A DNA stretch of 64,000 nt from Halodesulfurarchaeum sp. GTDB taxonomy: Archaea; Halobacteriota; Halobacteria; Halobacteriales; Halobacteriaceae. Below, one piece after another: positions 9,874-18,773 of the stretch. Both the position numbers and the translations under genes were made by a program. The stretch lies in the NCBI GenBank assembly GCA_034520565.1, contig JAXHNL010000002.1:1280001-1344000 (forward strand), given 5' to 3'. Below the pieces are notes generated by a model that was not told the origin of the DNA, ran no database searches, and saw only the letters and a program-made list of their open reading frames with translations. Each line of letters starts with the position of its first letter. Position 1 is the stretch's first letter.

Positions 9874-10990
9874 TTACGCATAGGTGGTGGTCCCTGGATA
9901 GTAGCCCGCCCAGGCAAACCACATCGCGTCAAAGGTGTGGATGTGCGTGAGCGAGAGTGCGTCCGGCGCGTGGTCGGCCCCGTCCGGCCCGACGACCGTC
10001 CCGTCGTCGTATTCGAACGAGATCCCGTCGGGGTTTTCGTAGATGTAGGCCGTATCTAATCGATCGTCGTAGATGGCCACGACCGGCGTGTCACCGAGTG
10101 CGCCCGTCATGACGTGCTGGTCCCGGATGGCGTCCTTTCGGAAGGCCACGGCGCCGTCGGGTGCCCGCGCGCCCATGACGACAGTTTTGTCTTCGAATGT
10201 GTCCGGCCCCTCAAGCGAGGGGAACATTCCACCGCCGCTCCGGTAGTACCCCCCGAGGGGATTGTAAGAGCCGTAGGGATCGTTGCCGTAGTTCCTCGCG
10301 GAGCCGGTGTCCGTCGAAAGGACGCGCGTGTCGGGGTGTTGGGTCCGCCACCGGTCCCACGTGGTCCAGACGAGCCGGAACTCGCGCAACGAGTGGGTCC
10401 CCGGCGACGCGTTCCAGGGCCCCGGAATCGAGGTGGCCAGGATCTGGGGCCACCACGTTTCCGTCGCGCGGTCGTACATCACGAGGTTGTTGTTGATCAG
10501 CCGGCCGGAGACGCCGAAGGTCGTCGTCCCCCGCTCGAACCCCAGGACGGTTCCCGTAAGGGGGCAGTAGGTCACGCTCACCGGTTCGTCCCCGAGGGTA
10601 TCGTTGACGATCTCGTGCTGGGCGAGGATTTTCTGGGCGTAGACCTTCGTCTCGCCGTTCCGGACCACGCCGAACACTGGGTCACCGGGGTCGAGAAAGT
10701 CGACCGCGGACGGGTCGATGAACTGCGGGTCATCGATCGACGGGATGCCGTCCTTGGGTGGGCCACCGGACCGGGCCGCATCTCGGAGTTCGACGGGCGC
10801 CATTGGCAACGGGAGCTGTCGATCCGCCGTCGGTACCGCCGGCGACCCGTCTCCGGACTCTGATGGAGCCTGGGCAGACCCCGTTCGGTGTCGGCGTCCC
10901 CTGTTCCGGTGTATCCCTCCCGCTACTACATCCGGCAATCGCCGTGATACCTGCCACGGCGAGGAACTGGCGACGAAAAATGTGATTCAT
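9874..10990 (-). CDS. DUF3179-family Tat lipoprotein (one frameshift at ~10880)
   Basis: N-terminal FRRQFL..AIAGC Tat/lipobox in one frame; SGGPPKDGIPSID, HEIVND..VTYCPLTG, FGVSGRL..NLVMYDR in another; frames join at the G4 run at 10879-10882. Confidence 0.82.
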
Positions 10991-11087
10991 ATTATAAGAT
11001 TGGCGCTCTATCAGTTAACGGTTACACCAACGTGTGACATCTTTACACACTCGATGAAGCGTAAGGTATTCCCTTTCAGGAACACAC

Positions 11088-11114
11088 CGCTGACTACAGC
11101 CTCTACATCTTGCA
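11088..11114. repeat. 27-bp imperfect palindromic site 2 (spacer class B)
   Basis: CGCTGACTAC-AGCCTCT-ACATCTTGCA; downstream ~28 nt also resembles the sequence after site 4. Confidence 0.65.
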
Positions 11115-11153
11115 GTCGGTTTCTGACAACCTCTGATTAGATCTCACGGAGCG

Positions 11154-11180
11154 TGCTGAATACAACGCGCATATCTTGCA
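11154..11180. repeat. 27-bp imperfect palindromic site 3 (spacer class A)
   Basis: TGCTGAATAC-AACGCGC-ATATCTTGCA. Confidence 0.75.
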
Positions 11181-11463
11181 AAGCAATCGCTGAGCGCAGT
11201 TCGAAATGATGCCAAGTCTTGGAGATCAAGAACTTATAATTGCGAATCATGCTCTCCGGCTTCTTCCACTCAATAAAATCTCCGAAACTCTCGATTATCC
11301 TCGTAACTTTCCCAGTTTCGTACGCAATCATTTCCAAAATTATCGATATTTGTTTCGTCTCATCGTTCGGCCGATCGAAGTCTACCACTTTGAAGTGGAA
11401 CTCCACATCTTGGTCTCGAATTCGATTGTGTCGCTACCCGTCTCGATTTCAGATACTAGAATG

Positions 11464-11708
11464 GGCCTTGTTTAGACGCTAGCGAAAGACGCTCTAAGCG
11501 CGGTTTCGATAGTGAAAATCGGGAAAATGTATTGAGTGTGTACGTCGAAAGCCGAGACAGGAGAGCGGTAGAACCCGGGCAAAACCCGCTAAATTGGCCG
11601 GATGGTCTGAATCGGCTCCAAGATGTCGCGGTCCTTGTCCGACTGTCGATGGTTGACTTCGGCAGGGGCGGCGTTCATACAGGTGAATTCAAGCGTCTAA
11701 ACACGGCC
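11464..11708. mobile_element. 245-bp MITE related to the IS5-family element at 15251-16234
   Basis: TIRs GGCCTTGTTTAGACG / CGTCTAAACACGGCC; flanks CTAGAATG / CAAGAATG (8-bp TSD, 1 mismatch); no transposase. Confidence 0.85.
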
Positions 11709-11772
11709 CAAGAATGACTAATGGGCAGGTTCTCGGAAAAACTATTAACTATTAACCAGTTATTACCAGCCT

Positions 11773-14700
11773 ATGGACGAGGAAATCCAATCGAGACTTT
11801 TTCTGGGGAATAAAATAACCCGACGTAACCTTCTTCGGTCTACAACTGGTGCGTTTCTATTTTTGAACTCGCCCCTCGTTTCGGCTGCTTCTGGCACCAG
11901 TACGAATAGAACTAGTAAACAATTGAAATTAGACGAAAATTCACAGATCACGAAACCGTCCTATCTTCCGTATCCATCTGATCCTTTTATATTGGGTCAA
12001 TTTGCAGACCAATATTTGAGTTCTACCGACCGCCAGGGATGGGAGCCAGTGCCGATAAATGAGGAGATCCACACCCTTCTTCGTTTGCACTTGGATGTCC
12101 TTGATAGTGCTCCACTGGCATCGTTTGAAAATGGTGAGTTACTTCCCAACTCCTCTGCTTCCAATGCACTCGACTTTTCGCTTCGAACCGACGTGCCCGC
12201 AACGGCGGGTCGAAATACCACGATCGAAATGGGTCGCGTTGAAGAGGGGTCCATGGAACCAATCCTGTCAGAACACGATTGGACGCAACCAAATGGTGAG
12301 CCTGTCACGTCCGTTTCGGAGAATCTAGCGGAGACGATAGCGGGCGAAGATCAGTATATGGAATGGACATTTACTACAAATGGAATTCCGTCTGCATTCG
12401 CACCCCTCGGTTTACATTTGATGATAAAATCGACAACAGAACGACTAGAACAGGGATTTGCTGGGTTTTTTGTAGATATGCTTTTTTTGTTCCATGGGCT
12501 AGATTTCTCTGACTGGGCGACTACTGCCTTCACGAAGCATTTGAGTTCGCTCCCACAAAGCCGTCTCGAAGAACTCGATATAAAAGCTCCTTCAGAATTC
12601 AAGGTGAAGGAGTATTTAAAGCAAGAAAACCTCACACCCGAGTCCGACATCAACCCTCTGGAAGATCCTGTGTTTCGAGAGTTCATCGTTCATAACCATC
12701 TTGGGGTCCGAGAGTTCTTTGCGGACTATCGTGACGCTGTATCAGGGTCTTTTCCGGACCGTAGCACAGCAGATGAGATTGCCCTCTGGGCGAACCAGTT
12801 CGTCGGGAGTTTATACAATCCCCAGGCCGTCAATGTCTATGTATCCGACTTTCTCGATCTGATTAACACAGAACATTTCCCCACGGTCAACGAACCCTCA
12901 GACCACAAATATAAACTCTTAAAGGCAAACGGCCGATTCTCGAAGCCTGTTATCGCCAAAGCGACGATAACCAAATCACCCGGCTCTGAGGAATATCCCG
13001 GATTTGACCCGACAAAGTCATATCCAATGCTCCAAAGGTATCAGGTCGCTGAGGCCTTCGCAAATGGTGCACGCCTGAAGATACCATTGTCCCCACGTGG
13101 AGCACACTCTACAAACGAGTCAATCACTCAGTGGATTCAGGCCGATGGAAATGTCCCCTCCGAATTGCAAGAGTTCATCGATTTTGTTTGGGCCCACAAA
13201 CGATTCCTAACCGATGAGGAGCCGAACCACCCGGTCGCCGTCATTTGGTCTCTCCCCGACCGAATGTTCCGGAAACTTCCACAATGGGATATTGAGCCAA
13301 GAGAGCAGTCACAATCGGGGGTGTCTTCGTTCAATGGAACGACTACGCTCCTCCGTGAGGCCCAAATTCCATACACTGTGCTCACATTTGGACACCCAAG
13401 ACTTTGGGAGGACACCGATTTACTCGAAGGTCTACAGGAGTATGAAGTGATCATCCTCCCCAATGTCCGCTCCCTCTCGGAGGCCCAACTATCTGCACTT
13501 TCCGATTACGTAGACCAGGGCGGGCACCTGGTCGCAAATGGTCAAACGCCAGATAGAACTGCAAATTTCGCCCCTCTAAATAATCTCGATGGGCTCTTCG
13601 AGAAAGATAGAGCAATCGTTCTATCGGGAGACCCAGGCTCATATCGGGAGGAGAAGGGTCAGGCAAAGGGATCCCTTTATTCTGAACTTGAGAAAATTGA
13701 TGTCAACCCAATAATACCGAACGATAATACCAGCCTTAGCGTTAATATTCGGCAACAATCTGAAAATAACCGGACCATTGTACATTTGTTGAATCACGAC
13801 TACTCACGACAAACGGACTCCTTCGACCCAATTAGAGATATCCCGGTCACGGTGCCGAACCTTGGTCACGATGTATCGGCGGTACAGTTCTTCTCGCCCC
13901 AAAAATCGAAAACTCTCGATTTCGAAAGTGGCGGAAATAATATCCAGTTCACGGTTCCAGAAATCGTTGATTGGGGATTCGTCGTCCTTGCGACCTCCGA
14001 ATCCAGCATTTTCCCGACCGAGAACAAAAATGATGCGCAAAAAAAGGTTCAGCAGGCTGAAGAAACACTCGCCAAAGCCACCGACGAAGGATTTGACTGG
14101 TCGCCAGAGTCCACTATCGCTGAAGCCGAACTCGAGAATGCACGGATAGCTTTCGACCACCAGGCGTACGGTCAAGCAGTGGAAGCTGCCGAGGCAGCAC
14201 ATTCCGCAGCCGCCGAAACGACATATCCGCGACCGACGATTGCACTTGACCTCGCGCATTCTCAGTCTTCTTCCTATGACGGTGAGCTACAAGGTGAGCC
14301 ACTTGAAGATCTCAAGAATGAGTTTCAACATTTGGATTATCGACTCATCGATTCGTGGAGCGAGGATGAACTCGCCGATGTCGACGTACTCATCGTACCC
14401 CCAGCATTACGTTACAAGGGAGAAAGTTTTGGCTTTAAAGATAGCGAAATCGACCAGATCGTTTCATTTGTTGAGGGAGGTGGCAGTCTTGCGATCTTGG
14501 CAAGGGGGGCGGTTGCACGGGATATTGATGACCTAACCGAACAATTTGGCTACCGGTTTGACGGGTCCTCAATCCAATTTCCAGAGGGAATAGAAGAGTA
14601 TGCCACGGTCACCGATCCACTTCATCCATTAACACGGGGAGTAAGGCGGTTTTACGTAGATTGGGGAACGCCCATAACGCAGATGCCCGATGATGCAACG

Positions 14701-15147
14701 GTACTCGCCACAGTTGGTAAGGAGACCGGTGCATGGCTACACGACGAAACACCACATGACACCCGCCAAGAAGGAGAGAAATTATTGCAGAAAGACCCGA
14801 TATATGCGGTCTCAAAGCAGGGACTTGGCCGGGTTGCTGTTCTGGGTCAATGGGCGTATTTATACCATGAGGGATTGCACCACTGGAAAGCACTAACCGG
14901 CAATCTCGTTTCTTTCCTCGGGCAATCAGCTGCTGCCACCCAAGCTGAGTCAGTGGAAACCAACCCGACGTCGACCGACGTTTCCAATGAGACTACGGAG
15001 ACCACCCCAACACCGACCGACGTTTCCAATGAGACTACGGAGACCACTGATGAAACTGCTCCAGGGTTTGGGTTTGGGACAGGAATTGCTGGTCTTGTCG
15101 GGACAGGATACTTTCTCCATCGATTACGCGACACAGACCAAGACTAA
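11773..15147 (+). CDS. Large Tat-exported, PGF-CTERM-anchored glycoside-hydrolase-like multidomain protein
   Basis: ITRRNLL Tat signal; GFFVD barrel-like motif; beta-galactosidase trimerisation/GATase-like segment (YEVIILPNVRSLS..YVDQGGHLV); DUF4350/GIFT-like segment (FVEGGGSLAIL); Thr-rich linker; PGFGFG+TM+basic tail. Confidence 0.8.
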   Translation: MDEEIQSRLFLGNKITRRNLLRSTTGAFLFLNSPLVSAASGTSTNRTSKQLKLDENSQITKPSYLPYPSDPFILGQFADQYLSSTDRQGWEPVPINEEIHTLLRLHLDVLDSAPLASFENGELLPNSSASNALDFSLRTDVPATAGRNTTIEMGRVEEGSMEPILSEHDWTQPNGEPVTSVSENLAETIAGEDQYMEWTFTTNGIPSAFAPLGLHLMIKSTTERLEQGFAGFFVDMLFLFHGLDFSDWATTAFTKHLSSLPQSRLEELDIKAPSEFKVKEYLKQENLTPESDINPLEDPVFREFIVHNHLGVREFFADYRDAVSGSFPDRSTADEIALWANQFVGSLYNPQAVNVYVSDFLDLINTEHFPTVNEPSDHKYKLLKANGRFSKPVIAKATITKSPGSEEYPGFDPTKSYPMLQRYQVAEAFANGARLKIPLSPRGAHSTNESITQWIQADGNVPSELQEFIDFVWAHKRFLTDEEPNHPVAVIWSLPDRMFRKLPQWDIEPREQSQSGVSSFNGTTTLLREAQIPYTVLTFGHPRLWEDTDLLEGLQEYEVIILPNVRSLSEAQLSALSDYVDQGGHLVANGQTPDRTANFAPLNNLDGLFEKDRAIVLSGDPGSYREEKGQAKGSLYSELEKIDVNPIIPNDNTSLSVNIRQQSENNRTIVHLLNHDYSRQTDSFDPIRDIPVTVPNLGHDVSAVQFFSPQKSKTLDFESGGNNIQFTVPEIVDWGFVVLATSESSIFPTENKNDAQKKVQQAEETLAKATDEGFDWSPESTIAEAELENARIAFDHQAYGQAVEAAEAAHSAAAETTYPRPTIALDLAHSQSSSYDGELQGEPLEDLKNEFQHLDYRLIDSWSEDELADVDVLIVPPALRYKGESFGFKDSEIDQIVSFVEGGGSLAILARGAVARDIDDLTEQFGYRFDGSSIQFPEGIEEYATVTDPLHPLTRGVRRFYVDWGTPITQMPDDATVLATVGKETGAWLHDETPHDTRQEGEKLLQKDPIYAVSKQGLGRVAVLGQWAYLYHEGLHHWKALTGNLVSFLGQSAAATQAESVETNPTSTDVSNETTETTPTPTDVSNETTETTDETAPGFGFGTGIAGLVGTGYFLHRLRDTDQD
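14972..15047 (+). repeat. Intragenic tandem repeat, 42-bp period (TDVSNETTET x2)
   Basis: CGACCGACGTTTCCAATGAGACTACGGAGACCAC at 14972 and 15014. Confidence 0.9.
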
Positions 15148-15250
15148 CTCCGTATTATAAAACCGCCCTGGGTAATTTACCAACGCGTACTAAGTAAAGA
15201 GCAATTTCCTTTCGCAATCCCAAGAAAGTATTTGCTGAATACATCCTCTG

Positions 15251-16234
15251 GGCCTTGTTTAGACGCCTGATTTCACCGGTTTGAACCCTCAAACGCGCGT
15301 TCGATGTTTCGGACCGCGGATTTCATGACAAGTTCACGGAATTGGCCGAACCAGGTTCTCGACCAGAGCGTATCTCCGTATCTGCGTCGGAAACCGAAAA
15401 ACACCGATTCAGCGTTTGAACGTTGGTGATACGCCCGATCATGGATAAGCAAATTTCTCGCCCATCCTCGCATTCCAGGATCTCGCTGCGGAATCAGCGG
15501 TGTGATACTTTCCGCACGCAACCGTGTTCGAAGTTCCTCCCAGTCGTAGCCCTTATCCGCCGCGACAGTGCCTAAAACGTCGAGATTCCGCACTAGCACT
15601 TGCCAGCCGACCTGTGTATCGTGCGGTTGTTTCATCGAGCAATGTATATCTAGGATTGCACTTGTCTTGCAATCGATAAGTACTGACGCTTTGACCGCTT
15701 CAAATGTGTAGTCGGTTCGTTCGGCGTAGTGCTGGCTAGCTTGGACGCGATCAACGCCGGTCGCATCGATTGCCTGCACCTCGCCGAGCTCGTATAGATC
15801 GACCGAAAAATCGAGCATTGCTCGCCACCGCTTCATCGGAATCTCTTGCTTTCTCGCGCAAACAGTCGAGAAGTGTGGTAGCGTCTCAGGCGGTTAAACC
15901 AAGTAATATTCGCGACTTTCGGCATTTCTCGCAGTACATCCATCAGCTTCCGGTAATCGTGGTGATCAAGATACTCTTTCAGTCCCTGAATAGCGAGAAT
16001 TACCCAGTCGGCATAGCCATATTTTCCTGGTCGAAAAGCCGGATCTGGCCGACCAACGACGGCTTTTTGTGCGAGCGATACCACCTTCTTCGTGAAGCGG
16101 GCGGTCTTGGTTAGCACATCAAAACCGACCCGCTTCACTTCCTAGTAATTTTGGTAATTCTTTAGAGTTACTAGAACCCTGATAATGGTGGTACAAGCTC
16201 TAGTCTGCTCGAATTTGATCGTCTAAACAAGGCC
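15251..16234 (-). mobile_element. IS5-family (ISH1-like group) insertion sequence, 984 bp
   Basis: Perfect 15-bp TIRs GGCCTTGTTTAGACG; 9-bp TSD CATCCTCTG at 15242-15250 and 16235-16243; DDE transposase inside. Confidence 0.92.
15273..16138 (-). pseudogene. IS5-family transposase, frameshifted near 15905
   Basis: AIDATG, ADKGYD, YHQRSNAESVF DDE motifs in ORF 15273-15836; N-terminal part (ARFTKKVVSLA..YRKLMDVLREMP) in ORF 15833-16138. Confidence 0.85.
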
Positions 16235-16299
16235 CATCCTCTGTATTCAGCAGTCCGGTTCTATCAACAGCTGAATAAGCCACTCGAAATTCCGCTGCA

Positions 16300-16884
16300 T
16301 TGGCACAGTTATTTCACTCCCAGACCATCCCCTCCTACGGAACTTCTTCTCGCCCCTCGAAGGTATCCAATCCGCTCACGAACCGGCCCGAACCCTTTGT
16401 CGTTCGAACCGAATATGCAATTGTGTTCGGCAACCCGACCAGCCGACTGGACCGACTCCAACACACGCTCGCCTTCGCGAACACGCCCGAAGGACGCAGA
16501 ATTGTCCTCTGGCGGCGGATCGCAGCGCCACCGGAGCGAGTCTGGGAACTCCTCGTCGACACCCGCCGGTGGCCCGAATGGGGGCCGAGTGTGCTCGACG
16601 TCGAAACCCAGTCCCGTCGAATCGAGACGGGATCGACCGGTCGAGTTCGAACGATCTTCGGGCTGTGGCTCCCATTCACCGTCACGAGGGTATCCGAATG
16701 GGCCTGGGCCTGGCGAATCGGCCCGGTCGAGGCAACTGGGCATCGGGTTATTCCAGGCGACTCCTCGTGTCGGGTCGGGTTCGAGGTCCCCCTGTACGCG
16801 GTTCCGTATCTCATCGTCTGTTGGTGGGCGCTTCGTCGGATCGAGTCGCTTGCAACAACGGCCGCTACTGACAACACAGATTGA
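16300..16884 (+). CDS. SRPBCC (START-like) family protein; true start probably ~16423
   Basis: IAAPPERVWELLVDTRRWPEWGPSV motif. Confidence 0.75.
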   Translation: MAQLFHSQTIPSYGTSSRPSKVSNPLTNRPEPFVVRTEYAIVFGNPTSRLDRLQHTLAFANTPEGRRIVLWRRIAAPPERVWELLVDTRRWPEWGPSVLDVETQSRRIETGSTGRVRTIFGLWLPFTVTRVSEWAWAWRIGPVEATGHRVIPGDSSCRVGFEVPLYAVPYLIVCWWALRRIESLATTAATDNTD

Positions 16885-16945
16885 CCGGAGCTTGTGAGGT
16901 GGGAGACGTGGAACCGAGCAGGGAGACGGCAAAACAGCGAGGTGA

Positions 16946-18700
16946 CTATGGGTGGGTGAAGTACGTGACAGTCTCGTCGTCCGTTCGGCCATCGATCCGG
17001 GCGAAGCCGATCCGCTCGAACTGGACGACCTCGTCAGCGTCGTGATCCTCGAGACCCGGCTCGGCCCGACCGGTCACGATCCCATCCATCGTGTGCATCC
17101 GAACCGGGACCGACGCCGCGGCCGACACCCAGTGGATCACGTCGACGCCGCCCTCGGTGACCACGTCGAGGTCGTCGCGGGTCGCAACTAATTTCTCGCC
17201 GGCCAGGCGAACGGCTCCGAATCCCTTGAGCCAGACGCGTTCGCCCTCGGGTGGCAGATCGTCGACCTCCAGCAGCACCTCGTCTCCGACGGGGATTTCG
17301 CGGACCCCCCGCTCCTCGTGGTCGGGATGCAGCGGCGGGTTCGCGACGTCCGGACCGCCCTCGATCGGGAGGGCGATTGCTTCCAGCGCTGCGGGGTCTG
17401 CGGTTGGATACGGCTCGATCGACTCGCGGACGAGGAAGCGCCGATCGGTCTCGTCGTCGATCAGTTCCCGATTCCGGGCGTAAACGGTGCTCATCGAGAG
17501 GTCGACGTTGCTCGTCGAGGTGCCGAGGCCGATCATCGCCGAGACCAGGGCTTCCCCCTCGATTCCCCGGCGTCGAACACTCTTGATCGTGGGGGCGCGT
17601 GGGTCGTCCCACCCGTCGAGGTCGCCCGCGTCGATCCGCTCCTTGATCGTCGAGGTGCTCATGGAGACGTCGTAGTCCTCGACCTGAACGTGCCCCCAGT
17701 GGATCACTTCCGGGTACGTCCAGTCGAAGTACTCATAGACGAAGCGCTGGCGCTTTTCCGAATCCTGGAGGTCGATCCCCCGGATGATGTGTGTTACTCC
17801 TGTCAGGTGGTCGTCGATCCCGGACTGGAAATCGAGCATCGGCCAGCAGCGGTACTCGCTCGCGGCCTCGCGGGGGTGGGGCGTGTCGATCATCCGGAAG
17901 GCGACCCAGTCCCGGAGCGCCGGGTTGGGATGCTCGATGTCGGTTTTTACCCGGAGGACCATCTCGCCCGGGTCGTACCCGCCTTTGACCATTTCCTCGA
18001 ACTCCTCGCGGACCGCCGCTGGGTCTTTCCCCCGGTGCTCGCAGGGTTCGCCAGCGTTTTTCAGCTCCGAAAAGGTCTCGCCCGCACAGGAGCAGGTGTA
18101 GGCACCGCCCCGCTCGATGAGGGCCTGGGCGTGCTCGTAGTAGGTTTCGAGGCGATCGCTCGCCCGGATCACGTCGTCCGGCTCGAATCCCAGGTACTCG
18201 ATGTCCGAGAGGATCTGACCGTAGGCCTCGAGGTCGGGGCGTTTCGTTTCCGGATCCGTGTCGTCGAAGCGGCAGAGAAACGAGCCGTCGTATCGGTCCT
18301 TGTAGGTCCCGATCACGGCCGGCATCCGGGCGTGCCCGAGGTGCCAGGGTCCGTTCGGGTTCGGGGCGACTCGCATTCGGACCTCGCCGGGTTCGGCGTT
18401 TGGCAGATCCGGGAGTGCATGCTCGTCTTCGTCGTCTTCGGTCTCGAGTTCCTCGATGGCCTCGGGGTCGAGTTCGGCGAGGCGGTCCCGCTGTGTGTCT
18501 CGATCGAGTTCGTTCACCCTGGCGACGACCGGGCCGCCGATTTGCGGGATTTCGTCCCCGTGTTCGCGGAAGACGGGGTTCTCTCCCATGAGTGGCCCCA
18601 TTATCGCCCCGATCTGGGCGTCGCTCTCGTGTTTGAGCGCGTTGTGGAGGGCGTGTTTTTCGATTTCCCGTTCGATCCGCTCCCGAAGCTCGTCGTCCAT
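16946..18700 (-). CDS. gltX: Glutamate--tRNA ligase
   Basis: RVAPNPNGPWHLGH (HIGH-like), RFDDTDP, THIIRGIDL, MSTS. Confidence 0.95.
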   Translation of the reverse strand: MDDELRERIEREIEKHALHNALKHESDAQIGAIMGPLMGENPVFREHGDEIPQIGGPVVARVNELDRDTQRDRLAELDPEAIEELETEDDEDEHALPDLPNAEPGEVRMRVAPNPNGPWHLGHARMPAVIGTYKDRYDGSFLCRFDDTDPETKRPDLEAYGQILSDIEYLGFEPDDVIRASDRLETYYEHAQALIERGGAYTCSCAGETFSELKNAGEPCEHRGKDPAAVREEFEEMVKGGYDPGEMVLRVKTDIEHPNPALRDWVAFRMIDTPHPREAASEYRCWPMLDFQSGIDDHLTGVTHIIRGIDLQDSEKRQRFVYEYFDWTYPEVIHWGHVQVEDYDVSMSTSTIKERIDAGDLDGWDDPRAPTIKSVRRRGIEGEALVSAMIGLGTSTSNVDLSMSTVYARNRELIDDETDRRFLVRESIEPYPTADPAALEAIALPIEGGPDVANPPLHPDHEERGVREIPVGDEVLLEVDDLPPEGERVWLKGFGAVRLAGEKLVATRDDLDVVTEGGVDVIHWVSAAASVPVRMHTMDGIVTGRAEPGLEDHDADEVVQFERIGFARIDGRTDDETVTYFTHP

Positions 18701-18773
18701 TATGGGATGGGACTCGGCGGGCAAGCAAAGTGGTTGGGATTTTCCCCGTCGTCTCGATCACCGAGGGACATCC

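Larger units (their letters stand above)
15233..16252. repeat. 27-bp palindromic site 4 (spacer class B), split by the IS insertion
   Basis: Removing the IS and one TSD copy restores TGCTGAATAC-ATCCTCT-GTATTCAGCA, a perfect 10-bp inverted repeat. Confidence 0.75.

Noticed and set aside
11137-11482. Short ORFs on both strands between site 3 and the MITE
   Set aside because: No recognisable motifs, non-halophilic composition, and one overlaps site 3; at most a decayed gene remnant.
15172-15201. Possible extra class-A sites (ACCAACGCGT here, ACCAACGTGT at ~11026)
   Set aside because: They share a spacer-like core but the arms match the consensus poorly; not counted without a PWM score.
9078-16252. 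CRISPR array or classical integron interpretation of the repeats
   Set aside because: Spacing is irregular (kb scale), there are no cas or intI genes, and no attC R''/R' GTTRRRY box structure.
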